This document shows, one piece after another, positions 19,359 through 28,498 of a DNA stretch of 38,439 nucleotides. The stretch is from contig CAWBCJ010000005.1 in assembly GCA_963787255.1 (NCBI GenBank), forward strand, positions 1 to 38,439, written 5' to 3'. The notes below the pieces were generated by a model. That model saw nothing but the letters and a program-made list of their open reading frames with translations, made no database searches and was not told where the DNA came from. The DNA is from Methanobacteriota archaeon (GTDB lineage: Archaea > Methanobacteriota > Methanobacteria > Methanobacteriales > Methanobacteriaceae). The position numbers and the translations under genes are program-made. Each line of letters opens with the position of its first letter. Within the stretch, counting starts at the first letter, position 1.

Positions 19359-21634
19359 GAATTCCTAGGGGAACATTCCAGAAAGATGGTTCCTTCATCT
19401 TTTTTAGTGTTCCATTTTAGTATTTTAGTGTCTAGATAATTTAGAAATGCTTGAAGTGTGAGGTAGTTTTTTGCTTTTACAGATTTTTTAGTTTTATGTC
19501 CAATTTTTTCTTTAGATTCTGTTAGTATTTTTTTAATTTTTTCTTCATCTATCATTCCGGTTATATATTTTGAAGAAATACTTAGGGGTAGGATGAAATG
19601 GCGTAGGAAGAACCGGTATAAGATGAGCATGGTAAAGATTTCCATTATCCAGGCGATTGGTTTAATAAGCAGTCTTCCTACCTGGTTTTTCATCATTAAA
19701 GATGTATATTTTCCAACACGTGGAAGATTTAAAAGGATGAAAAGTGGTGATGCGATGGTGTCGTTTTGTTGTAGGAGGTTGTTGGTTAATGTAGGGACAG
19801 AATTTTTGATGATCTCTTGATGTTCTTTATTTTTAAGTTCAGGATACAATTCTCCTGTAATTTCCTTTAATGATTTGCTGTTTTTGTTTTTACAACCTAT
19901 TTTTTGGATGATTTTCGATCCTAAGATTCCGAAAATGATCATTCCGGTGAGCCCCACCCAATATTGGTAAAGGAACCCTGATAAGCTGAAATAGATTGTT
20001 TGGGAAAGATAGAAAAGAATAGTTGGCGCATAGGCAGAATAAACAGGTACTATAAGTCTTAAATTAATGTAATATGCGGAGAATATAATAGTTAAAATAA
20101 TTCCAGTTAATATAATTGATTTAATCGTGGAAACATTTTTTACTTGAGGTAAAGGCAAATGGCTTACACCTGTTTGCACTTTTTTAAAGAGAAATTTTAA
20201 TGGTGCAATTAAGATAGATCCTACTTTTTTTATTTTTCCTTTGTTTGTATTAGGACCTTCTTTTCCTCCCCACTTTTTTGTCTGTAGATTAGCAAAAGCT
20301 AGATAGTTTAAATGATCGATTAGGAATATCCATATATAGAGGCTTAAAAATCCGTAGGCAAAGTTTTGTATTTTCTTTTCTTTCCAGGCCCAGTATAGTG
20401 GGAAAACGGGCATGCAGGTTAGCCAGAAAAGCACTACCCAGGGTGTGGCTCCGCCCATTATTTGGGAAACGAGGGCGTACATTGCTGCAATACCCCATGA
20501 GAAAATTAGGATAAATGAGATGTAGAAGTTAAGGATTATGAAGGGATGTCTTCTGTTTATAAATCGTGTGGCTACGAAAATGTTTTCGTAGATGGTTGAT
20601 ATTTTCCAGCGATATTGTTGCTTTATGAAGTGTGTTAAATTTTCTGGTACGTTGGTTTTGGCTATTGCATCGTGATTATATATGATTTCTTTGTCTTGGT
20701 TGAGGATGAGGTTGGTTAGGTTTCTGTCTTCACTTACGTTGCAAAAATCTTCGTTTCTAAATTCATGAAGAACTTTGTGCACGTCTTCTTTTCGGAAGGC
20801 TGAAAAGCAGCCTGGACAGCAGAGTACTGTTCCGAAGAAGCTTTCGCTTGCTTTAAATACGGTATAAGAGACCCAGTACATGTAGTGCTGTAAATGGGTT
20901 AGGAATCCGTTGATATTTGCTATTTCTGTGTTTCCTGATACAGCGCCAACCTGTTGATTTTTGAAGGGTTGGATTAGTTTGTGTATGGCTCCTTTTTTCA
21001 CGTAACTATCGGAATCAACTGTTACTAATATTTCTGATTTTTTTGATGCTGCTTCTATTCCTCGAACTAGTGCTTCCCTTTTTCCCATGTTTTTTCCGAG
21101 ATCTAGTACGTTTATTTTGAATCCTTTTTCTTTTAGTACCTCATCTCGGGTTTTGTACATTAGCTTTAGTGTGCGGCTTTGGCCGTCACTGTCTAGGTCG
21201 TTTGATCCATCGTTAACGGTTATTACTTCCATTTTGTCTTGTGGATAACCGCTGTTTATGCAGCTTTTTAGTGTTTCTACTATTGTTTTTTCTTCGTTGT
21301 AGGCGGGTACAATGATGGTGAGGTGGGGATAGTAGTTTTTGTCGTCTTTGGGGATTTTGTAGAAGTAGTTGGAGATAAATATTTGTGAAATTGATAGGAC
21401 TCCTATTAGGATGGAGTAGAACATCACGGCATTAAATCCTAAGGTTAGGATTAGTGCAATGTTTCCTATGAATACTATGATTGCTATGATTTGTAGCATT
21501 CGGGGTGTGAGTTTGTTTAAGATGGAAAATCTTCCATTGTAATAATAATTTTTGTTAACATATGATTTTGTTAAATAAGTTTCTTCACTTTCATCAGTAT
21601 ATTCTGTGTTTTTTTTAATATCTACACCCTCCAA
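19355..21634 (-). CDS. Processive membrane GT2, hyaluronan synthase/NodC/chitin-synthase-like, with a long hydrophobic C-terminal extension (start TTG 21634 or ATT 21619)
   Basis: Two N-terminal TMs; IVPAYNEE, VNDGS, NMGKREAL, TVDSDS, VGAVSG, ASESFFGTVLCCPGCFSAFR, SEDRNLTN, QQYRW; TMs followed by KKWG. Confidence 0.85.
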   Translation of the reverse strand: MEGVDIKKNTEYTDESEETYLTKSYVNKNYYYNGRFSILNKLTPRMLQIIAIIVFIGNIALILTLGFNAVMFYSILIGVLSISQIFISNYFYKIPKDDKNYYPHLTIIVPAYNEEKTIVETLKSCINSGYPQDKMEVITVNDGSNDLDSDGQSRTLKLMYKTRDEVLKEKGFKINVLDLGKNMGKREALVRGIEAASKKSEILVTVDSDSYVKKGAIHKLIQPFKNQQVGAVSGNTEIANINGFLTHLQHYMYWVSYTVFKASESFFGTVLCCPGCFSAFRKEDVHKVLHEFRNEDFCNVSEDRNLTNLILNQDKEIIYNHDAIAKTNVPENLTHFIKQQYRWKISTIYENIFVATRFINRRHPFIILNFYISFILIFSWGIAAMYALVSQIMGGATPWVVLFWLTCMPVFPLYWAWKEKKIQNFAYGFLSLYIWIFLIDHLNYLAFANLQTKKWGGKEGPNTNKGKIKKVGSILIAPLKFLFKKVQTGVSHLPLPQVKNVSTIKSIILTGIILTIIFSAYYINLRLIVPVYSAYAPTILFYLSQTIYFSLSGFLYQYWVGLTGMIIFGILGSKIIQKIGCKNKNSKSLKEITGELYPELKNKEHQEIIKNSVPTLTNNLLQQNDTIASPLFILLNLPRVGKYTSLMMKNQVGRLLIKPIAWIMEIFTMLILYRFFLRHFILPLSISSKYITGMIDEEKIKKILTESKEKIGHKTKKSVKAKNYLTLQAFLNYLDTKILKWNTKKDEGTIFLECSPRNS

Positions 21635-22029
21635 ATATAACTGGTATTTATAATAATTTTTGGCTTTATTTTCAATATTAAAGCTTTTATAAAGGTTATA
21701 TAATTATTTAGCCCTATATTTTTTGGTTTTATGGTTAAATAATGGATTTGATACATTTTTTTATTAAAAAAAATATGGGCACTTTTAAAGGTTGAAGTTT
21801 TGATGATTACCGTTAAAATATGTGAATAAGTATTTTTTGGGGATTATAATGTGATATTAACCTTTTTTTGTGTTTATTTTTTTTTATTTGCTCAATTTAT
21901 CCTTTATGCACTTTTCTATATTCATATGTATTATATTATATTATTAAGGTAATACTATTATAAATAACTTTCCGTGCTTTAGTATTACGAAGGAACTACT
22001 TAAAAAGACAATTCACTTAACTCATCAAC

Positions 22030-22205
22030 CAAAACCCATAAAATCAACAAACAATATAAAAAAAAAGCAAAACACAAAAATATAAAACAAAAAAACAATA
22101 CAAAAAACAAAACACAACAAAATACCAAAAAAAACAAGAACAAACAAGCAAATAACAATTAAAAGACAAACATAAAAAATAATTTAAAGAATATTAAAAA
22201 AAAAA
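22030..22205. other. Low-complexity A/C-rich tract (U/G-rich on the minus strand) downstream of mobA; likely contains the terminator
   Basis: ~175 nt of AAAC/AACAA-type runs with very few G residues. Confidence 0.5.
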
Positions 22206-22229
22206 GAATCCATCCATACAATTTCATCA

Positions 22230-22820
22230 TCAAATATCAATAACCCTATTAATATTTCGAAAACTACGAGTAGTAATATCTAATTCCTCCACATCAACAT
22301 ATTTAACATCTAAACAATCAATTAAAGATTTAACATTCATTTTACCAACTTTAACCAAATCCTCAATAACAAACACAGAACTCTTCTTATAAATAGAATG
22401 TAAAGGCTCAACATGACCATCATCCCAAATAGGAACAATAGCATCAAAATCATCCCTTCTTGCTAATTCAAACATCTTTAAAACAAAAATCTTAGAAATA
22501 AACGGAGAATCACAAGGCAAAACCAGAGCATAATCCGACTCAATAACAGACAAACCACTCAAAATCCCAACTAAAGGCCCCTGATCTTTCATTTTATCAA
22601 CAACTACTTTTATAGAGTTATTTTTATCATTTAAAAATTCTTTATAATTTTCAATTTGCTCTTCATCCCTTAAAACCAATACAATTTCTTCTGCAACGTC
22701 CTTTATTTCATCTAAAACATGAAGAAGCATAGGCTTACCATTTATCCTCAATGAGCCTTTATCTTTACCCATTCTTCTACTTTTACCACCACATAATACT
22801 ATAATAGACCTCATAACCAT
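22230..22820 (-). CDS. mobA: Molybdenum cofactor guanylyltransferase
   Basis: IVLCGGKSRRMGKDKG, QGPLVGI, LPCDSPFI, EPLHSIY, FRNIN. Confidence 0.93.
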   Translation of the reverse strand: MVMRSIIVLCGGKSRRMGKDKGSLRINGKPMLLHVLDEIKDVAEEIVLVLRDEEQIENYKEFLNDKNNSIKVVVDKMKDQGPLVGILSGLSVIESDYALVLPCDSPFISKIFVLKMFELARRDDFDAIVPIWDDGHVEPLHSIYKKSSVFVIEDLVKVGKMNVKSLIDCLDVKYVDVEELDITTRSFRNINRVIDI

Positions 22821-22863
22821 AATTCACCCAAAAAAATAATAAAAAAAATGCCTTAACAGGCTA

Positions 22864-24351
22864 TCACATAAGACGTGTAGTCGGATAATTAGGACTTTCA
22901 TTAGTTATTGTAAGATCATGCGGATGGCTTTCCGTCATCCCACTTGCAGTAATTCTCACAAGCTTAGCACCCTCTTTCATACCAGCTATATCTTTAGCAC
23001 CACAATAACCCATAGAAGACTTAAGACCACCAATCAACTGGAACAAAACCTCATTAACAGGCCCTTTATATGGCACAACACCTTCAACTCCTTCCGGCAC
23101 CAATTTCGCATGCTTCATCGGCCCTTTCACATCCTGGAAGTAACGATCAGTTCCTGCACCTACACCACCAGTCATAGCACCCAATGAACCCATACCACGA
23201 TACTGTTTGAATTTCCGGCCATTCATAATCACAACATCACCTGGCGCTTCATATGTTCCCGCAAGTAAGCTTCCAATCATCACAGCATCGGCACCAACAG
23301 CTATGGCCTTCGCCACATCTCCAGAGAACCTCAGACCACCATCACCTATAACCGGAATTTCATGATCTCCTGCTACATCTGCAACATCCGATATCGCTGT
23401 TAATTGAGGCACACCTACTCCCGCAATAATCCGGGTTGTACAAATTGATCCAGGACCAATTCCAACTTTAAGACCATCAACTTCCTTAGCTACTAAAGCT
23501 TCTGCTGCCTCACGAGTGGCGATATTTCCAACAATGAGATCTGCATCAATATTATCTTTAATCTTCTTAGCTGCATCCACCACATTTAAATTATGCGCAT
23601 GTGCAACATCTATAGAAATTATATCCACTCCCGCATCATCTAAAGCCATGGCACGTTCTAAATCAAAGGGTCCTGTAGCTGCAGCAACCATAAATCTACC
23701 ATTTTTATCCCTTGAAGCGTTAGGAAACTTTTTACGTTCTAATATGTCCCTAATGGTAACTATTCCCATTAATTTTCCTTGACGAACCACTGGAAGCCTT
23801 TCCACCTTATTTTCGTAGGCTATATCTAAGGCTTCTTCGGGTGTGGTTGATTCGGGAATTGTAAGCACTTCTGCAGTCATTACTTCCTTTACTTTATTTT
23901 CCGCCTCAGAATTAATAATTGGTTTTATGTCTCTTCGACTTATTATTCCAACTACCATGTCTTCTTCTACTACGGGAAGCCCGCTCACTTCTTCCATGTC
24001 CATCATCTGATTTGCTTCCTTAATAGATGCATCAGGACTTATAGTAATAACATCCCTTATAGTCAGGTCTCCAGACTGTTTAACAGTCATAACTTCTTTA
24101 ATTTGCTCATGCACAGTCATGTTCCTGTGAATAACTCCTAATCCACCTTCTTGAGCTAGAGCAATTGCCATTGATGATTCTGTTACGGTGTCCATAGCAG
24201 AACTTATTATAGGAATGTTTATGAAATGATTTCTTGAAATTCTAGTTTTTATTTCCACGTCTTTAGGTTCAACAGACGAAGATGAGGGCACTATTAAAAA
24301 ATCATCAAATGTAAAACCCTCTGGAGCATTTTTTAACTTTTTAGAATACAT
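22864..24351 (-). CDS. guaB: IMP dehydrogenase
   Basis: [21 protein letters not shown] pair, [35 protein letters not shown]. Confidence 0.97.
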   Translation of the reverse strand: MYSKKLKNAPEGFTFDDFLIVPSSSSVEPKDVEIKTRISRNHFINIPIISSAMDTVTESSMAIALAQEGGLGVIHRNMTVHEQIKEVMTVKQSGDLTIRDVITISPDASIKEANQMMDMEEVSGLPVVEEDMVVGIISRRDIKPIINSEAENKVKEVMTAEVLTIPESTTPEEALDIAYENKVERLPVVRQGKLMGIVTIRDILERKKFPNASRDKNGRFMVAAATGPFDLERAMALDDAGVDIISIDVAHAHNLNVVDAAKKIKDNIDADLIVGNIATREAAEALVAKEVDGLKVGIGPGSICTTRIIAGVGVPQLTAISDVADVAGDHEIPVIGDGGLRFSGDVAKAIAVGADAVMIGSLLAGTYEAPGDVVIMNGRKFKQYRGMGSLGAMTGGVGAGTDRYFQDVKGPMKHAKLVPEGVEGVVPYKGPVNEVLFQLIGGLKSSMGYCGAKDIAGMKEGAKLVRITASGMTESHPHDLTITNESPNYPTTRLM

Positions 24352-24487
24352 TAAATACCTCCTACAACCCTTATTAAAAGCATTAAAAAGTTAGAAAAAC
24401 TATTTATTAATGCCTTTTTTTTAATATTGGTTGATTAAAATTAATATAAAAATTTTTCTTATGATTATTATGTGTTGTTTTTTGAAA

Positions 24488-25201
24488 TTAAAAGTTATCC
24501 ATCATTTTCTTTAATTCCATTACTGCGCTGCGGTGAATTTTTCCCGAATTCCTATCTCCACCTGTACATGCAGCTCCCCTTATTCCCACAACATCGCATC
24601 CAAGGTTGTATAGTGTTTTAAGCTGATCTTTTTTAATAGAACCTGCAAGCGCTGATTTTAACCCGTAATCATGAATTTTATCGTTGAATTCGGCTATTTT
24701 TTCTTCATTCATAAAATCGAAGAGTGTGGTCCCGTCTTTAACTGCAGTATCAACCATAGCCAGATCTGCACCTGCATCAACTGCTACATTGGGTATTTCC
24801 ATAGGATCTACTGCTCCCACTCGATATGCATCCGCATATCCTGAAGCTACCACTATTGCATCTTCATTGTAGTCATTAACAGTTTTCACGACGTTTTTCA
24901 TCACTTCCAATGCTTCATCGTAATTTTTCGTTCCGTAAAGACCAACTTTAATGTAGTCAGCCCCTGAAACTGATGCTCCTAGTGCTGCTAGTGATACGGT
25001 ACCTGGTTTATAGGGCACATCTCCTAATGTCGCGCTTACCAGCATGTCTTTAGGTGTCATTTCGCGCACACTTTTAATGACCCATGGAAAATTAGCCCCT
25101 AATGATCCTTCTTTAGGGTTTTTAACGTCAATTATGTCTGCACCGCCTTCAATGGCTTCATGTGCTTCCTCTGTATTTATTGGACTTATTAAGAGAAGCA
25201 A
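24488..25201 (-). CDS. mfnB: (5-formylfuran-3-yl)methyl phosphate synthase (methanofuran biosynthesis)
   Basis: [63 protein letters not shown] start with RBS GGAGGT. Confidence 0.93.
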   Translation of the reverse strand: MLLLISPINTEEAHEAIEGGADIIDVKNPKEGSLGANFPWVIKSVREMTPKDMLVSATLGDVPYKPGTVSLAALGASVSGADYIKVGLYGTKNYDEALEVMKNVVKTVNDYNEDAIVVASGYADAYRVGAVDPMEIPNVAVDAGADLAMVDTAVKDGTTLFDFMNEEKIAEFNDKIHDYGLKSALAGSIKKDQLKTLYNLGCDVVGIRGAACTGGDRNSGKIHRSAVMELKKMMDNF

Positions 25202-25327
25202 ATTTTATACCTCCAGTTTATATATAAATGAACTTGATCCATAATTATTTCTTTTTTGTAAGAAATTATACTCCAAATTATTTAAACCCTTTCATCTCTA
25301 CTTTAATTATCATTGTATAATTAATGT

Positions 25328-26539
25328 TTAAAAAGGTGATCCCCCTTTTTTAATTCTTTCTACAGTTTTAAAATGCTTATCTGGATAAATACCTTTCTTC
25401 ACAGATTCAGCTCTTAATTTTTCAATCATTTTATTAGTTTTTATGTTAACAGGGCACTCCAGTGTGCACTGTCCACAAGCAGTGCACTTAAAGAGCCCTG
25501 AATCATAACAAGTTTTTTCATCCTTAATAAAACGACTAAATGATATTCCTCGCCCACCTAAATAGCTTTTATAGCCAAATTCATAACCGGTTACATTATA
25601 CACCGGACATGAAACAATACAACTACCACAGCCAATGCATAAAAGACATTCTTCATAATTTTCAAGAAGCTTACTCCTCCCATTATCAAGAAGGATCACG
25701 ATCACCCTTTTGGCACCATACATCTCTTTTAAAAGTATCTGCTCTATATCAGCAGTCTTAGAAGGTGATGAAATTACATTCATGTAAGCAGGAATCTTTT
25801 TCCCTGTAGCAAATATCGTTTCAAGCTTTACAACACTCACCGCCTCTTCAACAGTCCTAACAAGCTTATCAATACCCACAACAACAATATGAACATCCTT
25901 CATAGACACCAAAGTTATATTTCCCTCATTATGAACCATTAAAACCGCACCATCAACAGCAGCCACTGAATTAGCACCTGTAATCCCTACAGAGCACTTT
26001 GAAAGCCTTTCTAAAACATCTTCCTTAACTAGATCTAGAATTTCCCTCGGCTCAGCCTTAACATCTTTTCCAAACTTCTTTGAAGCTATCTCCGCTATTT
26101 GCATTAAATCTAGATGTGCTGCAGGCCCTATAGGATGTGAAGGCCCTGAACTATCAGGATCAATTTGAACTATCCTATCTCCAAGATCAGTTTCAACAAG
26201 CTCAATTCCTTTAGATTCTAAAAACTCAGATAATTCTATTTCATTTATAGTGTTCGATTTAGACTTTGCAACTATTTCTTCAGTTTCAATTATCCTGTAA
26301 ATCTCATCAAGCGCCTTTAGGGAATCTTCTGCAAATATAACTTCCATCCCATTTTCTTCAAATTTATTTATCGCGATTCCAACCAGTTCATCAAGATTTC
26401 GTATACTGTATTCCCTTATTTTTTTTACACTTTCTTGAAGTTCCCTTATTTCTTCTGCTTCATCTTCTAAGAGCTTACTTTTCCTGTCCCTAATTATTTT
26501 AAAGGACTTGTGCAGGGATTTTATATTCTTTTTATCCAT
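25328..26539 (-). CDS. LUD-domain protein with C-terminal 4Fe-4S dicluster (LutB/LldF-like)
   Basis: KSKS, ETDLGDRIVQ, PSHPIGPAAH, GITGAN, NEGN, PSKTADIE; CIGCGSCIVSCP and CTACGQCTLECP. Confidence 0.88.
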   Translation of the reverse strand: MDKKNIKSLHKSFKIIRDRKSKLLEDEAEEIRELQESVKKIREYSIRNLDELVGIAINKFEENGMEVIFAEDSLKALDEIYRIIETEEIVAKSKSNTINEIELSEFLESKGIELVETDLGDRIVQIDPDSSGPSHPIGPAAHLDLMQIAEIASKKFGKDVKAEPREILDLVKEDVLERLSKCSVGITGANSVAAVDGAVLMVHNEGNITLVSMKDVHIVVVGIDKLVRTVEEAVSVVKLETIFATGKKIPAYMNVISSPSKTADIEQILLKEMYGAKRVIVILLDNGRSKLLENYEECLLCIGCGSCIVSCPVYNVTGYEFGYKSYLGGRGISFSRFIKDEKTCYDSGLFKCTACGQCTLECPVNIKTNKMIEKLRAESVKKGIYPDKHFKTVERIKKGGSPF

Positions 26540-26541
26540 AT

Positions 26542-27237
26542 TTATATGGCCTCTTGATTTTTCAAAGATTTTAAGACGAATTCAGCTAAATCTAAAACAT
26601 TTTGAGAGTCTAAACATACAGAATTAAGATTTAATATACAAAAGGGGCATGATGTAATAATTGTTTCAACATTAACATCTTCTGCATCATCGAGGCGGGA
26701 TTTAGCAATTTCTTCTGTTATTTCGGGATAAGCTGATCTAACTCCTGCACCCGCACCACAACATCTTGACTTTTCTCTATTACGTTTCATTTCAACCAAA
26801 GTCGCTGCTTTAGATATAACATCCCTCGGAACATCATATTCATCCATCTGCCTTCCCAAATGGCAGGGATCATGATAGGTAACTTTTTTATCCGCATATT
26901 CTAAATCTATTTTTCCATTTTCAATTAATTGATTAAAAAGCTTTGAAGTATGTATAACATCTATTTCAACATCTAATAATTCTTTATAATCTTTTTTAAA
27001 TGTTTTATAGCATCCAGCACAAGAAACCAGTACTTTTTCTTCACCAATTTCTTTTAAGGTATTTTCCATAACTTCCCTTGCTTCATCTACAAAACCAGTT
27101 CTAAGTAAGAAGGATCCGCAGCATTTTTCCTTTTCTAATATTTTATAATCTACCCCAGCTTGCTTTAATATCTCTTCTGTTGCTTTTCCTATATTTTGAA
27201 GTTTTTCTCTTGCTACACAGCCTCTAAAATAAAACAT
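26542..27237 (-). CDS. CCG-domain Fe-S protein (HdrB/D-, GlpC-, LutA-related)
   Basis: YFRGC, EKCCG, SCAGC, TYHDPCHLGR, CCGAGAG, TSCPFC. Confidence 0.88.
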   Translation of the reverse strand: MFYFRGCVAREKLQNIGKATEEILKQAGVDYKILEKEKCCGSFLLRTGFVDEAREVMENTLKEIGEEKVLVSCAGCYKTFKKDYKELLDVEIDVIHTSKLFNQLIENGKIDLEYADKKVTYHDPCHLGRQMDEYDVPRDVISKAATLVEMKRNREKSRCCGAGAGVRSAYPEITEEIAKSRLDDAEDVNVETIITSCPFCILNLNSVCLDSQNVLDLAEFVLKSLKNQEAI

Positions 27238-27404
27238 TTCTTTTTACACCATATTAAAAAAATAATTTATAATATTATAATTTCCTAGGATAATCTCCTA
27301 TATATAATTATATAATATAAAGATTTGATTTCAAACATGAATATCCTTACATCAAGTTATAATTAAACACAATAACACATAACCAAAGCCCAATATTCCA
27401 CTAC

Positions 27405-28418
27405 CTAAATATTATTTCTATGCACCGGCCTGATAAACAAGAAATTATAAAGAACACCATATGCATACAAAATATGCTGAATGGGCACCAACAAAAAAAC
27501 AAGCAAAGAATAAATAGATCTAGTTTTAAAAAGCACCTCTACAAAAACAAGAACAGCATACACAACATAAAGCACTAAAGGAATTAAAACCATCCATCCC
27601 CATAATAAATATAACGGAATTAAGAAAACCAGATAGAATACAAATAAAATAGTTAAAAAAACCTTTATTTTAAATAACCTAAGTTTCTTTATGGCATTTG
27701 CTATATTTACTCCATATCTAATCATATTTTTTGAAAACTGCTTTATAGAACTGGTTTCCCTATGATAAACTTTAGCGCCCCTAACATAAATGAATTTATA
27801 ACCAGCTAACCCCAATCTTAAATTCAACTCAGTATCATCAGACATAATCAAACTATCATCATACCTAAACTTACTTATCACATCTTTTTTATAAATCGCA
27901 TTATAATTAGGAATACTCTTTAAATACCGGACATTCCTTGCAGAAAACGCAGGATTACCCCCAGAAGCAACAATAGAAGTTAAAAAATGATTAATCACCA
28001 ATTCCTTCTTATTATCCGTTGGAGCTATCAACCTAGGCCCACCAGCACCAGCAATATCATCACCAGTCCCTTCAATACTCTCATACAAAGTTTTAAGCCA
28101 ATCCTTATCCACAATACAATCAGCATCAGTATAAGCAATATACTTTGAACTTTCACTTGAATGATCAATTACCAAATTTCTAGAAAAGCAATGCCCATAA
28201 AAACCAAAATCTTTCTCATTTAAAATTTTATAACTAACATTTGAAGAACTCAACACTTCATCAGCAATTTCACGAGTTCTATCCTCCGAATTACCATCTA
28301 CAACTATTATTTCAAATGATGAAGAATCAAAACTCTGTCCAATAAGAGTTTCAAGAGTACTAGCTATATATTTTGCCTCATTTTTGGCAATAATCCCTAT
28401 AGTTATTAAAATTGACAT
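27405..28418 (-). CDS. Glycosyltransferase family 2 with C-terminal TM helices
   Basis: KNEA, VVDGNSEDRT, SRN, YTDADC, SDDTEL; hydrophobic C-terminus. Confidence 0.88.
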   Translation of the reverse strand: MSILITIGIIAKNEAKYIASTLETLIGQSFDSSSFEIIVVDGNSEDRTREIADEVLSSSNVSYKILNEKDFGFYGHCFSRNLVIDHSSESSKYIAYTDADCIVDKDWLKTLYESIEGTGDDIAGAGGPRLIAPTDNKKELVINHFLTSIVASGGNPAFSARNVRYLKSIPNYNAIYKKDVISKFRYDDSLIMSDDTELNLRLGLAGYKFIYVRGAKVYHRETSSIKQFSKNMIRYGVNIANAIKKLRLFKIKVFLTILFVFYLVFLIPLYLLWGWMVLIPLVLYVVYAVLVFVEVLFKTRSIYSLLVFLLVPIQHILYAYGVLYNFLFIRPVHRNNI

Positions 28419-28498
28419 GACCTATGATTCCTAACAGTGCTAAATATTAACTGATTAAATAATTTAAATAAAAAATCCCTTTATCTAGCTATAAATTC

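Noticed and set aside
19365-19367. Pyrrolysine read-through of the in-frame TAG
   Set aside because: No pyl genes are in view and Methanobacteriales are not known to use pyrrolysine; an indel or ATA start is simpler.
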